A stretch of DNA of 64,000 nucleotides from a virus (taxonomy: Duplodnaviria > Heunggongvirae > Uroviricota > Caudoviricetes), in IMG/VR virus record IMGVR_UViG_3300031248_000001; one strand, 5' to 3'. Positions 19,322-27,498 of this stretch are shown here, one piece after another. A program made the translations under genes and the position numbers. How positions within the stretch are numbered: position 1 is the stretch's first letter; every line of letters begins with the position of its first letter. The notes beneath the pieces are model-generated. The model had not been told where the DNA came from and did not search any database. It saw only the letters and a program-made list of their open reading frames with translations.

Positions 19322-19351
19322 TTGACAGGTCGTCAAGTCCCGCGCTATACT
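19322..19351 (+). promoter_or_regulatory. sigma-70-like promoter (TTGACA-18 bp-TATACT) for the early-left RHH gene
   Basis: Consensus -35/-10 hexamers read directly. GGAGAAG site and ATG at 19374 lie downstream. Sits in the divergent intergenic region opposite the SPFH gene. Confidence 0.5.
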
Positions 19352-19373
19352 CTTTGTGAACGGAGAAGCAGGC

Positions 19374-19661
19374 ATGGGCGATACTATGACGATACAGACC
19401 GTGACGAAGAGGGTTCGCCCCTTGGCTAAGACGCCTGCCAGTTTCAAGCTCAACCCCGCGACACTGGAGAAGCTGAAGGATCTCTCCAAGGCCACGTCCC
19501 GCAGTCAGGCGGGGGTGCTGGATGATCTGATACTCCGAGAGCACGCGCGGGTGATGACGGACACGGATGCGCGGCTCCGACAGGTTGAGGAGCGGTTAGC
19601 GCGGCTGGAGGCGGCACCCCCACCGCCCCCCGACCGGGACGGCGGAGACGGACAACAATGA
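19374..19661 (+). CDS. ribbon-helix-helix (CopG/Arc-like) DNA-binding protein
   Basis: RHH-like N-terminus (…FKLNPATLEKLKDLSKATSRSQAGVLDDLI…). Confidence 0.55.
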   Translation: MGDTMTIQTVTKRVRPLAKTPASFKLNPATLEKLKDLSKATSRSQAGVLDDLILREHARVMTDTDARLRQVEERLARLEAAPPPPPDRDGGDGQQ

Positions 19662-19680
19662 GCGAGGAGGGAGAGGAAGT

Positions 19681-19896
19681 GTGATGAAGCTGGAGCCCGC
19701 AAAGAAGTTCGTCGAGTATGAGGTCCAGCGCTGCGGGTCCGACTGCTGGCGGCGCGTGCCAAACGGACTGTTCGCGCACCTCGACGCGGCGTGCTATCGG
19801 GCGTGCCAGATTAGGAAGCGGGACCCGAGCGCCGGGGTCCGCGTGATCCGCCGCGAGGTTACTGAAGAGGTGGTTCCGGATGCCTAACGACCGCAC
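19681..19896 (+). CDS. hypothetical small protein
   Basis: ORF in the early block. Confidence 0.35.
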
Positions 19897-20350
19897 CGAG
19901 ACCCAGCTAGAGCCGTCCGAGTGGAATTACGAACGGCTCCTCGGCTACACGATGGACCTGGGCTACCGGCTCCGATGCCCGGAAGCGGACAAGCTTCCCC
20001 CCGGCGCGCAGGAACGGTATCGGGAGAATCAGGAGCGCCTGCGCGTGATGCGGCTGCAGCTCTGGCCCGAGGAACGAGAGGTGCCGGAGGGGACGAAGCT
20101 GTATTCGGCCACGCTCGACGCGGACGGGCGAGGGGCCATAATCGAGGTCGAGGTCATGGGGCAGGAGCGGACTACGTTGTATCTCGATCACCCGCACCAT
20201 CCGGGGGAGCCCTACATCGGGGAGTTGGGGCACGTGTGGTTTGCGACGCCCGCCGAGGCCGTGGCTGCGTTGAAGGAGCGGTATGCCAGGGCGCTGGAGA
20301 AGGCCCAGCAGAAGTATGATGCCGTGGTGGCGTTGGAGAAGGAACGATGA
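19880..20350 (+). CDS. hypothetical protein
   Basis: ORF overlapping its neighbours. Confidence 0.45.
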   Translation: MPNDRTETQLEPSEWNYERLLGYTMDLGYRLRCPEADKLPPGAQERYRENQERLRVMRLQLWPEEREVPEGTKLYSATLDADGRGAIIEVEVMGQERTTLYLDHPHHPGEPYIGELGHVWFATPAEAVAALKERYARALEKAQQKYDAVVALEKER

Positions 20351-20553
20351 GTGCGGAGCCGGTGGTGACGGAGCGGGAGGAGTGGGAAATCGAATACCTG
20401 CACTCGGACGGCGATTGGGTCGGGACCGGTCCCACGTTGTCAGAGGCAGGGCGCCGCGAGGACTTGGCGAGGTGGCGAGATACTGACCCTGCCGCCCGCT
20501 TCCGCTTGCTCCGCCGCCGCATTCGGATTGAGGAGGTCGTGGAAGATGAGTGA
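20347..20553 (+). CDS. hypothetical small protein
   Basis: ATGA overlap with the upstream gene. Confidence 0.4.
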   Translation: MSAEPVVTEREEWEIEYLHSDGDWVGTGPTLSEAGRREDLARWRDTDPAARFRLLRRRIRIEEVVEDE

Positions 20554-21238
20554 CCAGAAGGAACCCGCTGCCCCCCTAACCCCCACCGACCTCGCCCGCC
20601 TCGAAGCCCTCTGGTGCGGGGACCGGGAATGGGCGACGGACCTGCGCGAGGTGTTCCGGTTGGCGGGCGTGGGGTTGGAAATTCACGCCGAAGCCAACAA
20701 GGATCTGACCATCGTTCATCAACCGGGGCGCTGCTCAGGTCACCCCACGGTCGGCCACACGCGCATTTGTGTCCACAACATCGTTCAGTATCTGGAGGAC
20801 AACGGTTGGGATATCGAAGGCTACCTGAATGACTTCCAGCACCAGACGCGGGCGCAGGTAGACGCGGCGATTGCCTATTACCGGGAGAACGAGCCTGAGA
20901 TCAGAGCCATTTGGGAAGACCAGAAGCGGCTCTACGATGAAGGCTTGAAAGCGCAGGAAGAACGCGAGCGACGCAAGGCTGCGGGGCTGTGCATGATGTG
21001 TGGCGCTGCCCCCGTGCCGGCCTGGACGCGGGAGGCGCCAACGGAGCCGGGGACTTATTGGTGGTCGCCTTGGGCTGGAGCTACCCCCGCGCTGGTAGAA
21101 ATCCGCTTCTCATTGGCTGATGGGCTCTACGCCTGGGACGGCACGGAGCGGAAGAAGGCTTCCGCATTCATTGGCTGGTGGCTGCGGGTCGAGGTGCCGG
21201 GGGCGCCCCAACAGGGAAGCGAGGCCGAGGGTGAGTGA
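20546..21238 (+). CDS. DUF433-domain protein with C-terminal extension
   Basis: Motif GHTRICVHNIVQYLEDNGWDIEGYLNDFQHQTRAQVDAAIAYY matches the DUF433 pattern. The C-terminal ~50 aa are paralogous to the next gene. Confidence 0.55.
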   Translation: MSDQKEPAAPLTPTDLARLEALWCGDREWATDLREVFRLAGVGLEIHAEANKDLTIVHQPGRCSGHPTVGHTRICVHNIVQYLEDNGWDIEGYLNDFQHQTRAQVDAAIAYYRENEPEIRAIWEDQKRLYDEGLKAQEERERRKAAGLCMMCGAAPVPAWTREAPTEPGTYWWSPWAGATPALVEIRFSLADGLYAWDGTERKKASAFIGWWLRVEVPGAPQQGSEAEGE

Positions 21239-21584
21239 AGCAAGTGCCACACTTCAGGAGGTGGCCGAGGAACTGTGGTCGTGCGCTACTGCGTGGGACC
21301 CGGAAACCCGCCTGCTGGGCAACGTTCGGGCGGCGGATATCGCCCGGCTGTGTTCGGAGTGGACAGGATTGCCGGCGCGGCGGTCGTGGACCCGCACCCC
21401 GCCGAGCGAGCCGGGCTGGTACTGGGCCGTCACCGCCGGGGGTGAAGTCCGCATTGCCGATGTCAGGGATGGCCTAGCGTGGGGGTTCGCGCTGGACGGA
21501 TCGAGATACGGAGGATCGTGGTGGCTCGGCCCGCTGCCCGTTCCGCCGCTGCCCCAAGAGGAGGAAGAAGGAGAATCGGAATGA
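21229..21584 (+). CDS. hypothetical protein carrying a paralogous copy of the DUF433-protein C-terminal module
   Basis: GTG start overlaps the upstream stop. SEPGWYW…VRIADVRDGLAW…WWLGPLP aligns to EPGTYWW…VEIRFSLADGLYAW…WWLRVEVP. Confidence 0.45.
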
Positions 21585-21802
21585 CGCGACGTGCTTTTAT
21601 CGAACGGGCCTTTACGGTGTTCTGCGTGACGGCTGGAGTAGCAGCGAGTACCGGAGCCCTTGAGCCCCAAGTGGAACCCGAGGTGTATGCAGCCACAGCG
21701 AGCGGGACGGTGACCCAAAACCCAGATGGATCTTACTCCGTCAACTTCGCGTGGGGGCCGTTGCCTGCGGAAGGCGGAGAAGAGGAGGGGCGGCGGGAAT
21801 GA
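21581..21802 (+). CDS. small protein with twin-arginine-like N-terminal signal
   Basis: MTRRAFIERAF followed by a hydrophobic stretch. ATGA coupling. Confidence 0.4.
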   Translation: MTRRAFIERAFTVFCVTAGVAASTGALEPQVEPEVYAATASGTVTQNPDGSYSVNFAWGPLPAEGGEEEGRRE

Positions 21803-22002
21803 CCAGACGGCAGGCCCGCATTCATGCCCTGGATTTGGCATCACATACGCTTGTCAGCCACGATTGGCCGTTCGTCCTTGAGGAGTTCGGGGATGCGGAC
21901 GGCGAGAAGGTCAAGGCTGAACTTTACCGTCTGGGGCGCGAACTCGGGCAACAGGCCGCGCTCCTGGCAGGGCGTCGAGTGAAAGGAAACGCTGATGCCT
22001 GA
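21799..22002 (+). CDS. hypothetical small protein
   Basis: Coupled ORF. Confidence 0.4.
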   Translation: MTRRQARIHALDLASHTLVSHDWPFVLEEFGDADGEKVKAELYRLGRELGQQAALLAGRRVKGNADA

Positions 22003-22309
22003 CTCCTGGCCCCCGGCCCGCCGGGCGGAGATCGAGGCGCGGCTCACGGCCGCGGAATACCTCCGCCCGCCGAAGGGGCTGTTGGAGGCCGACCTCCGCG
22101 ACTGCCTGGCCCGGATCGCCGAGCTGGAGGCCCAGGTCGTGGGAGTCCGCGCCGAAGCTCTGGAAGAAGCCGCGCAGGAGTGCGAGAGCCTCATTTACCG
22201 AATCAATGAGGAGATCGTGCCTGCCCGTCTGGCAAAGAATATGGTTCTGGACGAGGCGGCCGCCGCGATCCGTGCCCTGGCGGCGCGGGAGGAGAATGAT
22301 GGAACCTGA
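21995..22309 (+). CDS. hypothetical protein
   Basis: ORF. Confidence 0.45.
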   Translation: MPDSWPPARRAEIEARLTAAEYLRPPKGLLEADLRDCLARIAELEAQVVGVRAEALEEAAQECESLIYRINEEIVPARLAKNMVLDEAAAAIRALAAREENDGT

Positions 22310-22688
22310 CGAGCGGGACCCTGCGCCCTGTGCGCCCGAAATCTACAAGAACGGCACGCTCGTCCTCACGACACACACCATTTCCGTGGACGGATTCGAG
22401 GAGTGGGTGCAGGCGGTCGCACGGCGGTCCGGGCAACCCGTGGATTGGCATTTCGTGGGAGGCGTGGCTTGCGTGCTGGCGCTTGGGGACCTCGGCAAGG
22501 TGCGGGAGGCTATCCTGGCGTTGAAGGATCAGCACGACGCGCTCCAGTCCGAATCGGCCAAGCGCTGGGCGGCCTTTTACGGAGGGCCGATGTGGACGCT
22601 CTACGGCCCGGACGAGTGGAACCCTGCCCACGAGTTCGCGCGGCAGGAGAACGTTGCCCTGGCGGCGCGGGAGGGAGGCGAGGGGTGA
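22296..22688 (+). CDS. hypothetical protein
   Basis: ORF overlapping the upstream stop. Confidence 0.45.
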   Translation: MMEPDERDPAPCAPEIYKNGTLVLTTHTISVDGFEEWVQAVARRSGQPVDWHFVGGVACVLALGDLGKVREAILALKDQHDALQSESAKRWAAFYGGPMWTLYGPDEWNPAHEFARQENVALAAREGGEG

Positions 22689-22831
22689 AACCCACTGAAG
22701 AAAGCGTAGGAAGTTTGGTGGCAAGCAAGGCGAATGTTTGATAGAATAACCTGTCTGCCCTTTGTGCAAAAACCCCCGCACCTGCTGGAAACAGGCCGGG
22801 GGCGTGTCTCGACCGCTGGAGGCGGTCAAGC

Positions 22832-23413
22832 ATGCCTGAGTCTATCTTCCCACGCGTCGTTTGCCCTAACTGTGGCCGACGTGTTTCCACTAATGAGTTC
22901 ATGCCTGACGCCAATGGCATGATGACCACGCGTCCGCATCGCACTTCGGCAAATCGTTATCAGCCATACACGCTCTGTCAAGCGCTTGTTCCTGCTCCAC
23001 CGGAATGCTTTTTTGAGGTGCGGACTTGCCGCCAGTGCGGGCAGACAAAGGCCATTTCGGAGTTTCCTCAATGTTCGAAATCCGGGCACTTGACACGATG
23101 CGCAGCGTGCCGCGCTCTCGACAGACGCACTTCTTATCGGAGGAATTACGAGAAGCAGCGCCAAGCTGACAAAGAGTATCGCAAAACCCATCCAAATCGA
23201 CAGACTGACAGGGCGAAAGCAAGAGCGCGTGAGGCGGTAAAACGATCTGTGAAATCTGGCATTTTGGGCAAGCCAGACGCTTGTTCGAAATGCGGTGCAG
23301 AATGTTGCGTTTTAACAGCGCATCATCACGACTACTCTAAGCCACTCGACGTTACCTGGCTTTGTTACAAGTGCCACGGAAATGAACACCGAACGGTCTC
23401 GCCCAAAGATTAG
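22832..23413 (+). CDS. HNH endonuclease with N-terminal zinc ribbons (homing-endonuclease-like, low-GC island)
   Basis: C-terminus CSKCGAECCVLTAHHHDYSKPLDVTWLCYKCHGNEH. Local GC ~50-55% versus ~67% in flanking sequence. Confidence 0.6.
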   Translation: MPESIFPRVVCPNCGRRVSTNEFMPDANGMMTTRPHRTSANRYQPYTLCQALVPAPPECFFEVRTCRQCGQTKAISEFPQCSKSGHLTRCAACRALDRRTSYRRNYEKQRQADKEYRKTHPNRQTDRAKARAREAVKRSVKSGILGKPDACSKCGAECCVLTAHHHDYSKPLDVTWLCYKCHGNEHRTVSPKD

Positions 23414-23660
23414 CAACGCGCAGAGGCGCGTGCTGGAGGCGCTGGCGCGAGAGGGCGCTACCATCGAAGACGATGGCGACTATGTGGATATTCGCGGCGC
23501 AGGGGTCCATCACTTCACGCGTCCGATGCTGGAACGGCTGCTGAAGAACGATTGGGTGGCGCTGGTGTGCGAGCGGAGGAAGGTCATCCGCTACGGCTTC
23601 TATCGGACATACGCGATCACTGACCTGGGCCTTGCCGCCCTAAAGGACCCCCGCCTATGA
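23382..23660 (+). CDS. hypothetical protein, possible winged-helix
   Basis: ORF; overlaps the upstream gene's end. Confidence 0.4.
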   Translation: MNTERSRPKISNAQRRVLEALAREGATIEDDGDYVDIRGAGVHHFTRPMLERLLKNDWVALVCERRKVIRYGFYRTYAITDLGLAALKDPRL

Positions 23661-24121
23661 CCTCAAAAGTAGAAGTCACTACTCGAATCATCCCCGGCGT
23701 GAACAGGCGCGGCGTGCTTGCCGAACAGCAGGGGGAACGGTTCATCTGCCCGGAGTGTGGCCGAACGATAACCGCTCCTCCGGTGGCAGTATTCTGGTGC
23801 CTGTGCGACGGCCGGTTCTGGCATCATGCCCGCTTCGATGGTGCTTTCACTGCACACATCCCGTTTGAGAAGCAGCAGGTCGATGTTGTCATAGCGGCCC
23901 TTTCGGATGCAGCCGAACGGCTCCGGGCGGACCTCGGATACTTTCACTGCCCACCGGATGCCACACCCGAGGCGCGTGAATGGGAAAACACGGCTCGCGC
24001 CCACCTGGGAGCCGTCGAGCGGTTGCAGGCGCAGATTGCGGAACAGATGCAACAGGCTACGGTGCAGGCTTATGAGCGCTGGCGAGAGTTCGGCGGTTGT
24101 GCGAAGGACCCCCGCCCATGA
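23657..24121 (+). CDS. zinc-ribbon protein
   Basis: CPECGRT…CLCDGRFWHH. Confidence 0.45.
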   Translation: MTSKVEVTTRIIPGVNRRGVLAEQQGERFICPECGRTITAPPVAVFWCLCDGRFWHHARFDGAFTAHIPFEKQQVDVVIAALSDAAERLRADLGYFHCPPDATPEAREWENTARAHLGAVERLQAQIAEQMQQATVQAYERWREFGGCAKDPRP

Positions 24122-24795
24122 CCACCACGCCGATTGAGAAGCTAGCCGGACGCGAATTGGATGCGGCCGTCCATGCCGAGGTGTTGGGCCAGTGCCCGCA
24201 CTTCATCGAGTTCGACCCGACCGTCTCTGATGAAGAGTTGTTTTCCCTCGACTACACCCCGAAACGCTGCCGGGACTGCCACAAGCCCTTCAGCGGCCTG
24301 ATGTTCACGGCGGGCTTACCAGCCTGCCCGGACTACAGCACATCCCTCGACGCCTGCGCGGCCGTCATAGACCACCTGCACCAAACCGGGTGGGCAGTGT
24401 TAGCCTACCGCCCGCCCGCCCATCACTCCAAGGACCCAAACGACCCGGTGTGTTGGTCGGTGAGCCTTGGCATAGCGGGCGAAGACGGGATGCGGATGCC
24501 GGTGATACGGAGATCTCTGGCGGAAGCCGTGTGTGTGGCCGCGCTGGCTGCCGTACGTGGGGGGGGAAGCCGATGCCTGAAGAAGAACACTGGACCTGCG
24601 AGCGCTGCCACCCCATCCCGGCCGCTGACCGTCATCCAATCCTGGCCGTGCAGCGACTTCGCCAGCAGATCGGCGAGTGTTCGATACACGGCCGGGTCTG
24701 GCTGCGGTGGGTGCGGGCGGGGGAGACGCTGGCTGTGGCCCGGTCGCCCGAGGCGGGGGAGGGAGAAGCGCCGTGACGGAACAGCAACGGGTTGA
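24118..24795 (+). CDS. phage ABA-sandwich-like domain protein (3' end uncertain; G8 tract at ~24556)
   Basis: …PDYSTSLDACAAVIDHLHQTGWAVLAY…VCWSVSLG… resembles the paralog at 51248. Downstream translation deteriorates after the G-run. Confidence 0.4.
   Translation: MTTTPIEKLAGRELDAAVHAEVLGQCPHFIEFDPTVSDEELFSLDYTPKRCRDCHKPFSGLMFTAGLPACPDYSTSLDACAAVIDHLHQTGWAVLAYRPPAHHSKDPNDPVCWSVSLGIAGEDGMRMPVIRRSLAEAVCVAALAAVRGGGSRCLKKNTGPASAATPSRPLTVIQSWPCSDFASRSASVRYTAGSGCGGCGRGRRWLWPGRPRRGREKRRDGTATG
24573..24776 (+). CDS. small Cys-rich protein (alternative frame)
   Basis: MPEEEHWTCERCHPIPAADRH…. Confidence 0.3.
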   Translation: MPEEEHWTCERCHPIPAADRHPILAVQRLRQQIGECSIHGRVWLRWVRAGETLAVARSPEAGEGEAP

Positions 24796-25048
24796 TTTCT
24801 ACTTGGGCATATTCGAGATCGAAAAGTCTTCCCATCAGTGGGAGACGGTGTATGTCGGCTGGGGGCTCTGGCGAAAGGAAGTCAACCGGTGCGCGGTCTG
24901 CCGGCGCTACCTGCGCGACGCTGACCTGCCCGCGTGCCCGGGTCCGCCTTTCCCCATCCCCGCCTCCGCACCCACGCACGACCTCCCACGCCCGGCCGCC
25001 GCCCCACCCGCCGACCGGACGACGCTGCCGGTGGTGGGGGAGGGCTAG
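24773..25048 (+). CDS. hypothetical protein
   Basis: GTGA overlap start. Motif CAVCRRYL. Confidence 0.3.
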   Translation: MTEQQRVDFYLGIFEIEKSSHQWETVYVGWGLWRKEVNRCAVCRRYLRDADLPACPGPPFPIPASAPTHDLPRPAAAPPADRTTLPVVGEG

Positions 25049-25095
25049 CCCCCCTTCACCCACGCCGCCACAATCCGCGCGGCCAGAGTTTCTCC

Positions 25096-25135
25096 AGGTC
25101 GGCGGCTGACTCTTCTAGGACGCAACAACACCGTT
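25096..25135. other. imperfect inverted repeat (AGGACGCA…TGCGTCCT) immediately downstream of the integrase gene; candidate attP core
   Basis: Read directly; 8-bp arms, ~24-bp spacer, 20 bp from the int stop. Confidence 0.3.
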
Positions 25136-25155
25136 GGCTCCATAATGCTGCGTCC

Positions 25156-26658
25156 TTAAACCCGCCACACGATCTCCAGGTCGTACCGCCCGCGCTCCGG
25201 GTAGGTCGTCAGTCGGATTCGCTCGATCAGCGCCGCGCACGCTTCCTGCCGCGCCAGCGGGTCCGGACCCGCCCCTAGCGCTTCTCTGACCGCCCGCGCC
25301 AATTCCGCCCGCTCCAGCCCCCGCTCCTCCGGTTCCTCTCCCTCTAGCGCCGCCCAGCGCTCCGTCAACAGGGCTTGCTCCGCCTGCACCTCCGCGAGCT
25401 GCCGGTCCAACTCCGCCTCCGTAATGACGCCGCGCCGGTAAAGGGACAGGACCCGCTCTCGTTCCCCGGACTTCGCGTCGATCCGCGCCCGCAGCACCTC
25501 GCGCTCCCTCGCCCGCTCCGCTTCCTGCACCCGCCGACTTTCCGCCTGCCCCGCCAGGCTGGCGTCCACCGCCTCCTCCGTCCGCAGCCACGCCTCGACT
25601 TCCTGCCAGACCGCCTCCTCGATCCGTTCCGCGGCCACCAGCTTCCCCGCGCATTTCGGCCGGTAGCGCCAGCCGTGGCACATATAATAATGGTAGCCCG
25701 AGGTTTGCGGCCAGCCGTGGTAGCGCCGACCGCAGGCGCCGCAGACGAGCAGGCCCCGGAGCAGATAGATGCGTTCGTTCGGACGGGTGCGCGGGCTCCG
25801 GTTCCGCACGAGCACGGCCTGGACCGCCGCCCAGGTCCGGTCATCCACGAGCGCCGGGCACGCCTGCTCTACACCTCTCCGCAGGCGCACCCCCTTGTAC
25901 GTGGTATTCCGGAGAATCTGCCGCACCGTGTTCGGCTGCCAGCGCCCGGAGTAGGGGCGGCCGGTGCGGTAGTGGGTGACGGCACGACCCGCCCAGGCCG
26001 TGGGGACGGCGAGCGCGTTGAGGTAGTCGGCGAGCTTGATGCAGCTCCAGCCCTGGGCCGCCAACTCGAACAGCCCCCGGACGATCCGAGCCTCCTCCTC
26101 GCAAGGCACGATATAGGAGCCGGTCTCCCGCACCTCCACTGCATACCCGTAAGGGGGCCGCGCGCCACCCATCCAGCGTGCCGGCTCCGCGTGCGCCCGG
26201 TGCATCCCTGCCCGGACCCGCTCCGCTATCGAGTCGCGCTCCCAGGCGGAGACGACGGCCAGGAAGCCGATCATCGCCCGGCCACTCGGAGAGGTGGAGT
26301 CGAAAGATTCCGTCACGGAGACGACCGCGCAGCCTGCCTCCGCCAGCGCGTGGATCGCGTTATGCGTCACGCGGATGTCGCGCCCGAGCCGGTCCAACCG
26401 ATACAGATAGACGGTGGTGATGCGGCCGGCACGGGCGGCGGCCAGGAGCGCCGCGCCGCCAGGTCGTCGTTCGAGCGGGATGGTGCCGGAGATTCCGTCA
26501 TCGAGGAACGTCTCCGCAAAGGTGAGCCCGCGCAGGGTGGCGTAGCGGCGGGCTTCGTCTATCTGCGTGTTGATGGTCTGGCGTTCGGCCTGCTCCGTGC
26601 TGGAGACACGGGCATAGAGCGCGTCACTCCCCCCGCCAGACCCGCACGGCCCGCTCAT
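25156..26658 (-). CDS. large serine recombinase (phage integrase)
   Basis: N-terminal resolvase domain (ALYARVSSTEQ…RLDRLGRD), recombinase domain, Cys-rich zinc ribbon and coiled-coil C-terminus; 500 aa. Confidence 0.9.
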   Translation of the reverse strand: MSGPCGSGGGSDALYARVSSTEQAERQTINTQIDEARRYATLRGLTFAETFLDDGISGTIPLERRPGGAALLAAARAGRITTVYLYRLDRLGRDIRVTHNAIHALAEAGCAVVSVTESFDSTSPSGRAMIGFLAVVSAWERDSIAERVRAGMHRAHAEPARWMGGARPPYGYAVEVRETGSYIVPCEEEARIVRGLFELAAQGWSCIKLADYLNALAVPTAWAGRAVTHYRTGRPYSGRWQPNTVRQILRNTTYKGVRLRRGVEQACPALVDDRTWAAVQAVLVRNRSPRTRPNERIYLLRGLLVCGACGRRYHGWPQTSGYHYYMCHGWRYRPKCAGKLVAAERIEEAVWQEVEAWLRTEEAVDASLAGQAESRRVQEAERAREREVLRARIDAKSGERERVLSLYRRGVITEAELDRQLAEVQAEQALLTERWAALEGEEPEERGLERAELARAVREALGAGPDPLARQEACAALIERIRLTTYPERGRYDLEIVWRV

Positions 26659-26887
26659 CCTCCGCCAGCAATCGCTCCGCCCAGCGCACGGCCGGCGGGT
26701 CCGGTTCGCGTATCAGGAGCAGCACCGGCGCCCTTCCGTGGTAGATCGCCCGCGCCTCCAGCGCCCGGCACTCCAGCACCCGCAGCGTTACTGCTTCCAT
26801 TGCCGCGCCCTCCTGATAAACGGGAGGTCAGGCAAGGGGCCGCTGGGGTCCTGCATCGAATCGGCGGATTTCGTTCCATCTTTCGAT

Positions 26888-27388
26888 CTACTCCGCCATC
26901 TTCTGCCGCCGCTGTTCCGTCCGAAGAATCCGCACGGCGCGGTTCAGGATCTCCAGGTCGGAAGGGGTCAGGTCGTCGTCGCCGGTGCGCTGCTCGACCT
27001 TCAGGTGTTCAAGGTCGGCGTCGTATTCGAGGGGTTCGCGGGTGGCGGCGTCTAGGATCGCGGCGGCGGGGTCCTGGCCGATCTGGCGGAGCGCTTCGCG
27101 GGCTGCGGCTTCAGCGATAGCTTGGCGTTCGTCCACAGGGGCAGGGCCACCGTAGCCAGCTAGCGCCAGCCATTCGTCCCGGTCCAGGCTGTATGCCTGG
27201 ATCAGCCGCTCTATGAACTCGCGGCTAGGTCGTTCGCCTCGAAGAATCTGACCAATCCGCCCGCCGGTATATCCCAGCCTGCGCCCTACGTCACCTTGCG
27301 CTTCACCTGCGACCAATTCACGGAACCGGCGGCTAAACCCGGAGAGCGGTGGGCCTGGCATAGTAACCACTTCTGTAAGGACACTCAT
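26888..27388 (-). CDS. XRE-family HTH repressor (cI-like)
   Basis: HTH QGDVGRRLGYTGGRIGQILRGERPS. Divergent from a cro-like gene and adjacent to the integrase. Confidence 0.65.
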   Translation of the reverse strand: MSVLTEVVTMPGPPLSGFSRRFRELVAGEAQGDVGRRLGYTGGRIGQILRGERPSREFIERLIQAYSLDRDEWLALAGYGGPAPVDERQAIAEAAAREALRQIGQDPAAAILDAATREPLEYDADLEHLKVEQRTGDDDLTPSDLEILNRAVRILRTEQRRQKMAE

Positions 27389-27498
27389 ACTTACGCAGAA
27401 CGGCAGTAGCAGGAAAAAGTTTCCTGCAAAACCTGCAACCTTAGAAGGACTTCTGCCGTCAATTGCAGTAGAAGTAAGAGACGCGGCTTCTTGTAGCA
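27389..27498. promoter_or_regulatory. divergent cI/cro-type control region with candidate operator repeats
   Basis: Repeats GCAGTAG x2, CCTGCAA x2 and inverted ACGGCAG…CTGCCGT. Lower GC than the flanks. Confidence 0.4.

Noticed and set aside
25096-25135. Inverted repeat as a rho-independent terminator of int
   Set aside because: The ~24-nt loop is too large and there is no U-tract. It is more plausibly a recombination site.
25375-27120. 581-aa plus-strand ORF across the integrase and repressor
   Set aside because: Antisense shadow of two minus-strand genes that have clear domains.
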